In this document: positions 24,755 through 36,792 of the stretch, piece by piece
How positions within the stretch are numbered: position 1 is the stretch's first letter
How the letters are laid out: each line of letters starts with the position of its first letter
DNA from: Syncephalis fuscata S228
Lineage: Eukaryota; Fungi; Zoopagomycota
NCBI GenBank assembly: GCA_025786725.1
Contig: JAHLTZ010000021.1
Location: 248,001 to 312,000, forward strand
Direction: 5' to 3'
DNA: 64,000 nucleotides
Program-made: the position numbers and the translations under genes
The notes under the pieces: generated by a model
What the model saw: only the letters and a program-made list of their open reading frames with translations
Database searches by the model: none
What the model was told of the DNA's origin: nothing

Positions 24755-25150
24755 TTGCTGGGTAGATTAGCTTCATTGATATTTTTGTCTTTATAAATAT
24801 TGACTGACAGGCTCACATCTCACAATCTACGCCACCTCCTTTCCTTTCTCTTTCTTTACGCTTGATAGCATTTATCCGCTGCATATACTTGTACACTCTA
24901 TACAAATAGTTAAAGTCTATCGAATGGTATTTGATTTGCTATAAATGATCCTTACAGGTTGTTCTAACACAGTGTACACAATCTTCGCAGTAGTAGATCG
25001 CACTGCCATACTAACGCTGAAGATTTGTTCAACAACAACAATAATAAAGACAGTGGCGCCGGTCTCGCTACTGTTGTATGTATACTTTTATTAGCACGAC
25101 TACTACAGCGACTATATACTCTGTTGCCTCTCCACCGAATGCTTTCCTTA
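24755..25150. repeat. Dispersed repeat family, copy 1 (internally deleted)
   Basis: ttataaatattgactgacaggctcacatctcacaatctacg is identical to about 49668-49708; the following tttctctttctttac.cttga.agcat block is shared with about 43620 and 49720. Confidence 0.85.
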
Positions 25151-25485
25151 TTTTCTTCTACCAATTAAACATTCTTATTAACGCTTTTTTTTAGTTTGTG
25201 CTCACTAATGGCTGTTGTTGTGCGTAACTAGAATGGCCATAAAATAAACTTTACTTTTCACTTCTAATCAGTTGTTATTTGCTCGACTACTGCTTTGCGA
25301 CTATCATACCTTAAAGGCATTGCATTAATATTGTTTATAATCATTTGCTATTTAGTGTTTCAAATAAAAGATTCTTGTAATCAATTTCTTGCAGTTTTAG
25401 ATTAAAACTGATATGATTATTATTTCTGCGTTGTTGTGACAGCTACGATTTTTCATCTTTTTTTATTGTTTTCATCTGTAACAAC

Positions 25486-25976
25486 ATGGGCAGCCGACAC
25501 AACGTTAACAACAAGCGCGTGAATGTACTGCAAAGACAGCGTCAACAGCGCAATCGCAGTAAGAATGTCTTGGAGAAGCAAGGCTTAATTCCAGCAACTG
25601 CTGTAACAACCGCGCATCCAAAGTCTGCCAAAAAAGCACGCCAGCTGAAAACTGCATTAAAACTGGTAAGCGTCAAAGTATCTAGTCTCGTGTGATAATT
25701 ATTAATCAATAGCTGTGAAACATTGAATATGCATATGTATTTGTAGAATCAAAAGCGTCTAGCAAAGAAAGGAAAAATAGTCCCAGAAGAGGAAATGAAA
25801 GGTAAGTTATAGAGAAAATATTTAATTTGTCATGGTCATGGTCTAATCATAACTAAATCTTAGATGTGGAAGCATCCTCTCAACAACAGAAGTCGGCTTC
25901 TGCTACCAACAGTACTGGTATGCAAGTAACCAGTACAGGAAAAGGCACTACTCTGGGCAAACCAGCCTGTGCCTAA
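25486..25976 (+). CDS. ALB1: Ribosome biogenesis factor Alb1-like small basic protein, 3 exons
   Basis: MGSRHNVN, EKQGLIP, SAKKARQL, EEEMKDVE and C-terminal GKGTTLGKP parallel yeast Alb1 as I recall it (MPSKNSIN, SKKRAKK, EDEMD, GQGTTLGGP). Confidence 0.7.
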
Positions 25977-26229
25977 TCTGTAATTGCTATAATTATTATT
26001 GCATCTAGGATTAAAATACGCATCTTTAATAAAGAGTTTAAATTATAAAGTTGATTATTATTAATTAAATCAATATTTAGGCAAAGTAAAGTGTAATAAT
26101 TAAAGACAAATTGCAGTAATGGTCGTTTATTATGTATATCATGATAAATTAAAAAGGAATAGTGCAAATAATTAATAGATATTATTCTACTATGATGGTG
26201 TTGACTGGTGATAAACTATTTAAATTGTT

Positions 26230-27005
26230 ATTCAATATGGTTGCTGCAAATACATTTTGGCTGGGTGTTGGAGAAGAAGAGAAAATAGGATTTGGTTTAT
26301 TGTTGATTTCTAAACTAGTATTATAAGTAGTACGTAGCAATATATATATATTCATTGTATAATAGATCTTCAGTAATCTCCATTTTTACTACATAGAATT
26401 CATTGGTTATTTTGTCGTATAATGAATGTAGATTAATATCATTGTTATTGATGCTATTTTGCCGTATTATTGTTGTATAATGCCAATTATCAAAATAAAA
26501 TGATTTTGGTAATTGCAATACTTGTTCTGAAGCATCTATTATGGATAAAGTGTTTCTTCAAAGTATGGTTTGTTTTAATGTTTGTAGAATGATTGACATC
26601 AAGAACCGCTTTAATAGCACTAGATATTTCAATTAAATCAGCACTGGCATGTCCATCACCTTTAATAATATAATCTGTCTAAACATGCTTCAATTTAATA
26701 ATGATAACCTGTGTGCCTAATGCGTCAATCATCCGTTGCGTATTGTATCTGTGATTAGACTGGTATAAAAGCAGGCGATAAATACTAGAAAGTTAACTGT
26801 CCAGCATCGTTTCATACAACACTAGCCGTAAGGGAGGTGGTATTTTACGCGAACAAGCTGTTTAGACATCAATATTAAGCTCGAGAAGCAGTTCATTAAT
26901 AAGTGCCAATGCAGCCCTTTATCATTTGGTATGCATCAATGCTATGTTCATTAGTAATTTACTCTGGCATCGTCTGGCTTCTTTAGCTATTCTTGCAAGT
27001 GCCAT
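26230..27005 (-). pseudogene. Possible decayed spliced gene of unknown family
   Basis: ATG-initiated MALARIAKEARRCQ, intron-like segments, AALALINELLLELNIDV followed by in-frame stops, and a later fragment LYDKITNEFYVVKMEIT. Confidence 0.35.
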
Positions 27006-27235
27006 AATGCGTTTCTATTATATGATTAGCAGAAATCCTAATAAAAAAATAACACTATTTGTCTGTATTAAAGCTTTATTCTGACAAAATGGTGCTGGTT
27101 AATAAAGTGACGTAGAAATTATATAGTATAAGGAAACAGGTACAAGCATCGCAATGAGCAAGTCACTGTTATTATTCAAGTATTTGTTCCCTTCTCCTTG
27201 TAAACTTAGCATTTTAACTATTTTCTATTACAGCC

Positions 27236-29727
27236 ATGCCTCAATCTGATCAAGATGATGATCATGGCCATAGTGGTGTAAGTCGACGACATTCACGCAG
27301 ATCTGCTTCACCAATAAGGAATCGTGAAGATCATAAAGGATCTCGACAAGAACGGTCGCCTTCCCGACAGGAACGTCAACGTGACCATTGTGTAGATTAT
27401 AAAAAGGAGGAAAGCGACAACGATGACCGAAGACGCTCAAGTCGCCGCGACCACAACCGCAGCCGCAGTCGCAGTAGACGTGGATCTCGTAAAGATTCCA
27501 GTCGACATTCCTCTAAAAAGAAAAGTCGTAAAGAAAAGAAGAGCCGCCGCCGTCATCGTGATGACTCATCGTCAGAGTCGCGGTCGCGGTCGCCACGAGC
27601 TGCAGCGGATAGATCAAATACGTTGGATGTTACTCGTCAGCAACGTGAATTCACCACTTATTCCAATGTGGATAATCCATTTAATGATGCTAATTTGGAA
27701 CAGAGATTTGTTTGGGGCAAAAAGATACACCAAGAGTCCAAGCGTGGCATAGATGCGCGAGAACGAGAGCGACGTGATCGGGAACGACGTGAAGAATCGC
27801 GAATTGAATTGGAAAAGTTGCGACGAAAACGTGAAGAGCGAGATAATGAAATGCAGCTAAGAGAGCAAGAGCAGTTACGTATGCAGCGCGATGCGGATAT
27901 TGCTCTGTTAGGTGACTGGGAGGCAAAGGAAGAACAGTTCCATTTGGAACAAGCCAAACGACGGGCGGGTATTAGAATAAAGTCTGGCCGGGCCAAACCA
28001 ATCGATGTGTTGGCTATTAATATACGTTTGGTTGATGGGTCAAATGAAGATGAGGCTGATGAAGATGAGTTAGAGGATGAAGAAGCAGCCGGGCTAGAAG
28101 TTAATATGGAAGAGCCGTATCGTATATTCGATGTAGGTAACTGTGGATATATTATAGTGTTGACAATTGACATGTCATTTAATTACGCAGAGCCTTGATC
28201 TTAGTGAGATAATTGAACTCCAGCAAGATATTCAATACTATCTTAGTTTGGAAAAGACAGAGCGTAATAAGGAGTTTTGGCAGGTAGGTTAGATCGAATC
28301 TGCATATTTTAGTCTAACTCATGTGAATAGGCAATGCAATTAGTGTGCAATGATGAAATAGAACGACTAAAAGGCACCAACAAGAATGGTCATGATCCAC
28401 GTGCCGTTGGGCGTAGTAGTGTTACTTCAGTTGTGGCGACTGATGTTCAAGCATTGTTAGCGGGAAAAACGCTCGATCAATTAGGCCAATTACAGCAACA
28501 GATAGAGCGTAAATTGAAGAGTAATGAGCCAATTGATGTTGATTATTGGGAGCGTGTACTTAAAGCGCTAATAGTAGCCAAGGCCAAGGTGTGTTTATTT
28601 TAGCACAGCATAACAGTATTATTAATTATCTGATAATTAGGCAAAACTAGATGGATTACATCAAGAAATGCTACTAAAACGATTAGAAAAACTACGAGAG
28701 CTACAGAGACGACAGGCTGAAAAGAATCGACAAGAAATTGAAAAGACATTGCGAAACAATGCAGCAGCAGCAAGAAATAACGCTACCAGTGGCGAGATGG
28801 CAGCTGCAACTGCGCGTGAAGCGCTTGTCTTGGAGATGGAAGGAGCTAGCGATAATCTAATGCTGCCTATTGAACCATATGTTCGGGAAATGAGTCCGGT
28901 GCCATGGCCGTCTATTTCTAGATTTGACAAAGATTTACTGGTGGTTGATGCGGCGCAAGATATTGCCGATCTGGTAAGCGATGCTTTATTATTCTTGAGC
29001 TATAATTTACAATGACGATGATTAGAAATTAAAACGAGAACAAGTTCAGCAGCGCCAATTTGTACCCAAGACAGTTGCGAAGCCACAACAAGTACAGTCA
29101 TTGGAGCCGGATGATTTGGCATCGGAAATGTTCCGACTGGAGATGGATCGTGGTCTTGACGAGGATGAAGAGATATTTAACTTAGAAGAGCAGTTAAATA
29201 CAACGGTAAGCTATTGTTGCGTTATGGCTATGCTACATAGTATTAATAATCATAATGAACTCTATTAGACTTATCAATGGCAGGATAAATATCGACCCCG
29301 TAAGCCTCGCTATTTCAATCGAGTGAATACTGGGTTTGAATGGAATAAGTACAACCAGACGCATTACGACTTTGATAATCCACCACCTAAAGTGGTGCAA
29401 GGCTACAAGTTTAACATTTTCTATCCTGATCTAATTGATAAAAGCAAGTCACCCACTTATGTTGTAGAGAAAGATTCCAGCAATCCAGAAACTGCTGTTA
29501 TACGGTTTATAGCTGGTCCACCCTATGAGGTAAGTTATTTATGTGATAATTACTAATTATTAATATATATATATTATTACATATTCATTTCTTTGTTGCA
29601 GGAGATTGCTTTCCGTATTGTTAATCGCGAATGGGAGTATTCACATAAAAAGGGATTCCGTAGTAAATTTGATCGCGGTGTACTGCAACTACACTTTCAC
29701 TTCAAACGCCACTTTTATCGCCGTTAA
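27236..29727 (+). CDS. CACTIN: Cactin (spliceosome-associated factor), 7 exons
   Basis: RS-rich N-terminus; YSNVDNPFNDANL, EEQFHLEQAKRRAGIRIKSGRAKPID, YRPRKPRYFNRV.TGFEWNKYNQTHYD, NPPPKVVQGYKFNIFYPDLID; ends FKRHFYRR. Confidence 0.96.
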
Positions 29728-30624
29728 TAAAAATAATATTGCAAATTTTATAAGGTTATATGTTATTGCTATAACAGTCTAAGCCGTAATAGTAAATGAG
29801 ATACCGGAATATTATACTAAAATATAATTGGTCTATATTAATAAATATATAGAAATAACAAGTCTGAATCTACTATGATTAAATGTGCAGTCAATAAAAT
29901 GATGTAATAAATATATTTACTCTTTCAGTATTTTTGTGTTGTTTATAACAGCATAATGTTATCGTTATATACAACAATAAATCTACTATAGGTGCTGTGA
30001 GTTTGGTAATGATTAGTAAATAAATATATGCTTTCTATCTGTATTAATTTATTACGTTGCAGTTGATAAGTTAATGTTTAGTAGCAGCCAGGCAATTAGT
30101 ATAGACATCGCTAAAGGCGTCTCAAGTAGTATTTGACTTTTTTTCGGCCATCAGATGCGTCGTTTCAAGTAACTTGGACGGGGTATAATTGCTATAGTCT
30201 TATGCCTATGTTAAATATACTTTTATCATACATAGTTTTGTTTTGAACGATAAATACAAAACCACCTTGCTGTCTGTGTTTTGAATATAATTCTTCCTAT
30301 CTTAATCTTGAGATTAACACCACGTGGATCGTTTTAACCATCAGTCATGTTTAGTGGGGTGTTGTCTTTATATGGAATTGCAGGTACGCATTTTTATTTT
30401 TCATTGTCATAGCCACATGTACTTCTAGGTTGGTTTTATAAAAAGATAAAACATGGAGAGCAAAATGTCCTATATATACTCTATTGTTTTTAGCAATTTT
30501 CTTGTTTGTTATCATCGTTCCTCTTCACAAGCACCACCTCCATAGACAACCGTGTTTTAGTTTTTCTTAACGAATACTGCTTAAATAGTGCACCCCTTTA
30601 CTTACGAATAAGCAAAATTACATC

Positions 30625-31796
30625 ATGATGCTTTTTGGTACTAAATCCGTTTTTGCCATGGCTACTATAGTCCTGCTTTTGGCATCAATTACCCATGATG
30701 CTGATGCACATCCAGGATTAATTGGAAATGGTTTGTATTTTATTAGTTGATTGATAGTGATGGATGCTGACTTTAGTACAGCAAAGACATTTCATGGCTA
30801 TTCATTAAATTCAGAAAATCCATTTTCACAAAAAGGTATCAAGATTGAAAAGATATTAAAGCCAATCGATAGCAACAATCCGCCTACATCAGCTATAGGA
30901 ACGCTTGGTGGAAATAAAGTTATTTTAACGTGTCTACCCAACAACCATTCGGCCACGGGATTGTACAATGTAAGTTCTATTTATCAGCAACATAGTTGAA
31001 GCTAACACGTACCATTATTGACAGGTTTTGTTCGACAAATTAATCAAAAACAAAGAAGGTCAGATATTTGGCCAAGGACCTACAATAAAATTCCCAATCT
31101 ATGAGAAAACAAAATCCTGCTACGTTACGCCGTATCGTTGTCAGCAAACGCTCAAAGAATATGGCGAAATGCTTGAAAAAAAATATGGTATACAGACTGG
31201 CTTGCGCGCTCTTGTTGCAATCGGAGCAGATAGTCAAGGATACCCAAAGCAGCCTATAAGAAGAATGATGAAATCAATCAGAATGGCGCCAACATAGCGG
31301 AAAAAATTGCTGCAGGTAGGTTGTTGTTTTGGAAAAAAAGAGATATACTAACTGGATCGTGTAATAGCTGTAAGAATTATCCGAGATCTAGGATGGTATG
31401 CCAACCATAATTTGGAAGGTAAATACATAGTTTATGAATATTTATTTTGCAATATTAATACAATTATCAGATATCTGCCTCAATGATGACTACAAAACCA
31501 TATCATTTGTAAAATTTGATAGAGCCTATGATATCAAGTTTAGTGATGTAAAAGCTGATCAAAAAGAAGAGACAATTGATAGTATAAACGGGTATACTGC
31601 AAGAAACATGTGCTTGCTTGCCGTACCTAAGAGCCAAAACTATATTAGTTCACTTATGCTGGCTGGTTCCAATAATTTTGGACTTAAAAAATATGAAGGC
31701 ATCATTCGCGAATGCGGCCAATCTATAACTATCCAACCCGCCGATCAGCAATCCGCTTCGCGCCCAGTTAGCAGACAACAACCAAAAACAGTGTAG
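30625..31796 (+). CDS. Secreted protein-kinase-fold protein lacking catalytic motifs (pseudokinase); frame break at about 31245
   Basis: Signal MMLFGTKSVFAMATIVLLLASITHDADA. Spliced exons give KVILTC (VAIK position), CYVTPYRCQQTLKEY (hinge), IAAAVRIIRDLGWYANHNLEDICL (helix E and catalytic loop) and ISFVKFDRA (DFG position). Confidence 0.6.
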
Positions 31797-32784
31797 AAAA
31801 ATTTCATTATCAAAGAGCTATAATTATATTGAAATTTGGTTCAAAATTTTTGATAATAGATGTAATCCACTGTTGATGGGCTTGAATAAATAACACATAT
31901 TTTTGTTATTTTTATAATAAATGAGCAATCTATCGCAGCCTTGAACAAAATAATATTAATATTAAATATAGGTTATATTATTAACAACGCTGTTGATACA
32001 TTATGCGACAAATAATTTATATGAAAATACAATTTATGTCAGTTATATTACAGCGATAATATTGTTTTTTCATTTATTTATTTAAAAACTCAATGTCTAC
32101 AAATTATACTAAATACAATGTTCATCAATTTCATTAATGGCCAAGATGTTTTTGTTTGTTTATTGACATTGTATCTAGATTTTAATAGGTAGCAATCAAT
32201 ATCAGTCTGTAGAGCCATGGAAATTGCAATTAATACGATAAAAGCTATTGCTATTATAATATACAATATTCTCAAAGTGTTTGTAAAATCTGTTTAGTTT
32301 TATTTGTGCTATAGTTTGCGATAAAAGCAAAGCAATAGTTTAATACTAATATCATTGATTGTCAATGTACTGATACGGCATATGGCTATGTCAACTTTAA
32401 TATTCTTTTACTTTTGGCATTCTAGCAAATACAGTTGATGGTCTTAATGTATTTTTAATAAGAATTCGCCTCTACAGTTGTTCATACAGCTATCTACGAT
32501 ATTGCTCCCACGATAATACTGCCAATTAAGGTGGGGAATGAAAAGACCTTTTCTGTTATGTTTACTTAAATTATTTTTCCACGTTATGATATCCACGCCA
32601 CTTTGCTGCTTTTGAATTTATGGCCTGGTCTTTTTACAAACCATAATGCCATCACGGACAACGTCATAATGACTGATATGCCTTATAAACTAACTATAAG
32701 TTGGTGTCAATAAACAATATACAAACTGCAATGATGTCATCACCTATAAGTCGAAATCCGCTAAAATTAGGGCCAAAGGAGTGC

Positions 32785-32920
32785 TGACTCATCTTTCTCC
32801 AAAGCTCATGTGGTGCTCATGAAAGCAGTCAAAGCTCAGATGACAATTGGCCCACTACCACCCAGTTGGCATTTTTAGCAACGTGGGTCGTTTCCATTAC
32901 TCATCTGCTTGGAATATAAA
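32785..32920 (+). promoter_or_regulatory. GST promoter with AP-1/Yap-type sites and TATA box
   Basis: TGACTCA at 32785-32791 (in TGCTGACTCA), TTACTCA at 32897-32903 and TATAAA at 32915-32920, 140-275 bp upstream of the ATG. Confidence 0.55.
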
Positions 32921-33059
32921 TAGGGCGTGTTTATTGCGTTGATTCAAGCAATACTCATCATCAGCACCACACTCATCAGCTTCCAGGCTAGTTTACTATT
33001 CTCATCAGCACAACAACAGTGTCTTCGGTCGAATTCAAACTATTTCCAAGCAACCAACC

Positions 33060-33723
33060 ATGACTATCACAAGCAAGCCTGTCGTCACTTACTTCGAGTT
33101 GGACGTCCAAGGTCTTGGAGGTGCCATCTACATATTATTGTCCGATGCCGAGGTTGACTTTGAAAAGAAGACTTTCCCCATGGGCGAATGGATTCCAGTT
33201 AAGGAGAAGCTTATTGCTACAGGTGCATCGCCCAACGGTACTGTGCCAGTCCTAGAACTTGATGGCAAGACTTACGTCCATCAGCTGCCAATTCTACGTC
33301 TGCTTTCTCATCGCCTAGGTAAGTGTGAATGTGATGCTGCTAAACTATACATTTGTACTAATATCGTCTGCAGGCAAATACAACGGTAAAGACATCGAGG
33401 AAGCTTATGAAATTGATTCATTCGCCGATTTGCTTGTCGATTTCTTTAAGGCATGGGCCACAAGTAACTGGGGTGATGATGCCGCAAAGAAGACATTTGC
33501 TGTAGAGAAAGAGCCCAGATATCTTGCTGGCGTTGAGCGTTTCTTGGTCAAGCACAACGGTCCCTACATTTTGGGTAACGAGCCATCCTACGCCGACTTC
33601 AAGCTTTTATCCGTTCTACTGGATACCAAGTCAGATCTCAGCAGCTATCCACACATCAAGACGTTCTCGGAAGCCATCCGTAGCCGCCCTGGCGTTCAGA
33701 AATACTTGAGCACATTAGCATAA
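33060..33723 (+). CDS. Glutathione S-transferase (sigma/alpha/pi-like cytosolic type), 2 exons
   Basis: VVTYF, SPNGTVPVLELDG, YILGNEPSYADF and YPHI..F..RP motifs; intron 33319-33373. Confidence 0.92.
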
Positions 33724-36700
33724 ACGTTCATGCATTGTTATTGTTTTTTATCAACATGCTGACAATGTCTTTGCCATCATCAATACAATAAAATACTGTT
33801 ATTACTTTGATAATGATGGACAGCCAATGGGAAGATGTATGTGATTACAATAGCTTACATGAAGCAATATATTCTATCAAATGTATATATTACAACATGA
33901 TGGAATTTGGCATATTTCAATGCTATGCATACTACACTGCTTTGTAAATTAAATTCTGTTGTTAACATAATCATATCAAATCTACTTTATCTGTCTGTAG
34001 CAATGATTTTACTAGAATTATTATGTATTATAACGCCAATCGTTAAACAGAATGCTATTCATATATAAAGATTCAGTTTATTTTTTATATAATTTTAATC
34101 AAATAACTTTTCATATATATATATCTTTGATAATGCTATAAAATGTGTATTATTATAATAAAAAGCACTATTCAAGCTTGATTATGTTTTATTCTATACT
34201 TTATCATAGTGACAATCAATGACCACGTATCTTCAAGATTACATTTTATTTGAGTTCTCCTATCTTCGAATGAGTTGATTTTAACTACTTCACACTGGAA
34301 CCTCTGTCTTTAAATGCTATTCAATGAAGAATACCATCTCAAAAGCGTGCAATTATGAAATTAACAAACTGTACACAAATATTAATTTAATCTTTACAAA
34401 ATAATACTAAACTAAACAGTCAAGCTATACAAAGCCTGTCTTTTCTGTATTTTGAGTATACTAGTGATTTATGTAATAGTAGTATCAACATCGAATTGAG
34501 TATATACATGGATCATTTAGTATATTATAAGGCTCATAAAGATAGGCTGGTCTATGTATAACAATAAAATATGTACAAAAATATTAATAAAATGCATCAA
34601 AGCTGTTGTTGCATTGCTGCTATGCGTTGTTTAGTATGTATACAAATATTGAGGACTGTGTCAATTTTAAAAAAATCATAGGTTTACTACTATAAGCTTG
34701 CGCAGTTGAATAGGGGCAACTAGATGCAATTTTGTTGGCAAAATAATGCTTTTATTGATTAAAGACTGGATAAATCAAAGCATTAGCCAAAACTTGATAT
34801 ATAGATAGATTGGACGGCGTAGTTTTCAGATGGTCTTGCTTTTCACCGAATATATACCTATAGTGTATTAGAATAGTGGTTTGATTGCACTACCAATGCC
34901 GATGTCTTGAAACCATCGATTATTCTGTATTTACAAATAAATATATTATATATCGTATAATTAATGTATAGCCAGTTAATACACCATGCTACTTACTGCC
35001 TATATTAAGTTGTTGATAGATAGAAATATGGTATGTACTTAGCACATAGTTGATACAAATGTAATATCATTTATGCATTATTAATATTAAATCTTTAATA
35101 CACACAGCAAAAAACATATAGCCAAAAAGTAAGCAATTGATATATAGAGCAACTTACCTCTTACCAATATAAATGATCAAAATACGTAGTAATGATGTAT
35201 AATTAGTGCCTATTCAATTAAGATAAAATGCTGCTTACAAGCTATCGATGTTAATTTGTTGATGCACACAGTAGATAGTGGGCAATTAATGCATAGCTTA
35301 TTATTATACAATGCAACCTACAATATAATATTGCCATTAATTGTATACAAACTAACTACGCACTATGCACTTTGCCTATTTATAATTATATAATAACCAA
35401 TATAATTAATATATAAGCACTAATAGTCTAATTGAACTACTAGTTTAATATATTTAGATATATATTAAGCGCAAAGCAAGATCACTCGACAGCTGCCGTT
35501 CAGTCCAGTCATATATTAAATTTTAGTCAGTCTTTTGGTTTACTCATCTTCTAATCAATGATATCATTATATCACCAGTAAGGCCGAACTTAGCTGTGTT
35601 TATTCAACTATGCAATTTTTAGTAATAAATACATGGTTCCATATTAATTATATTTAATAAAGTTATTATATTTATGTATACATTTATTTGCATTCAACAA
35701 ATAAGCATAATAGCACTAAACTTTACAAGCGTGTTGTATTATGAGTATAAATTGATACAACTACAGCGATAATTTTATTCAAATAGCAATATTGTTGGTC
35801 ACAATAATAATTTAACTTAGGTAGTTGATAGTTTATGCATTAAATAAATTGATTTTGTACATTAATTAATAATAAAATTGAATACAAGCAAAGGACATTA
35901 TGAAGCAGAAAAAATGTTAAACAATAAATAATATAATTGAACATAAACGTAAATATTATTAAAATAAATAACGTAAAAACAGTCGACAATCATTAACCAA
36001 TATAATGTGCTCATTGTACAATGGTGATTAAATAAACTGGATACAAGTTGGATTAGTGATCCAAATAAAACTTGATCATCAATAAATATAACAGCGCTGT
36101 TCTATTGACGGGTACTCACATTCATGCGTTCATTTTACAATCATAAAACTACTGTAAATTAACAATACGTTTAATATAAAGTGTATAGCGGTTTTAGTAA
36201 TCTATAATTTTGCTATCAGCGTTTAAAAGATAAAAACAAAGCAATTGCAACATTTAATACGGCTATGCATATATGGCAGCTATATCCATACTTACATTCA
36301 TTATAGATATACAAATAAATAATTTAGTTATGACATTTAACATTTGAACGAATACACCATCTATTCTACTTGAATTATCTTCAAAATACAAAGTTTTATT
36401 TGACAAATATAATCATAGCAGTAAAAAGCACATGTACATGAAAGTAGTCCGTATTGTTGAAGTACATCCAGGTAGAGTGGAGCGACAATCAAAAACAAAA
36501 GTTAAAAGAAAAGTGATGGTGATAAAGTAGAAATAGTAAGAGAAGGTGCAATCATCGCTGGTGCAAAAATAGAAAGTAATAGCAAATGCGAATAAAATGA
36601 AGTAAAACAAACACATATCAATGTGAGCACAGGTATAAAATAGACAGGATGTGCTTTGGAATGGATAAAATGTGGATCATTCAAGAAGGAATGAAAATAA

Positions 36701-36792
36701 GATAATAATAAACGTGTATAAACGTTGATCCATATAGATAACAAATGCTGGCATGGCTGGAATAACTGCTATTCATATAGATAGATATATAA

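Noticed and set aside
27658-28173. 171-aa antisense ORF in cactin, and similar antisense ORFs at 1220-1774, 3966-4316, 7495-7854 and 21722-21985
   Set aside because: Shadow frames of charged or low-complexity sense coding sequence with no independent features.
31188-31252. 65-nt GTATAC..CAG intron that would repair the pseudokinase frame without a deletion
   Set aside because: The phase fits, but the segment lacks a CTAAY branch site and the AT-richness of other introns. Disfavoured rather than excluded; RNA-seq is needed.
33800-36400. 2.6-kb AT-rich gap as a hidden gene or ncRNA locus
   Set aside because: No ORF, consistent splice pattern, structured-RNA signature or clear repeat that I could support by eye.
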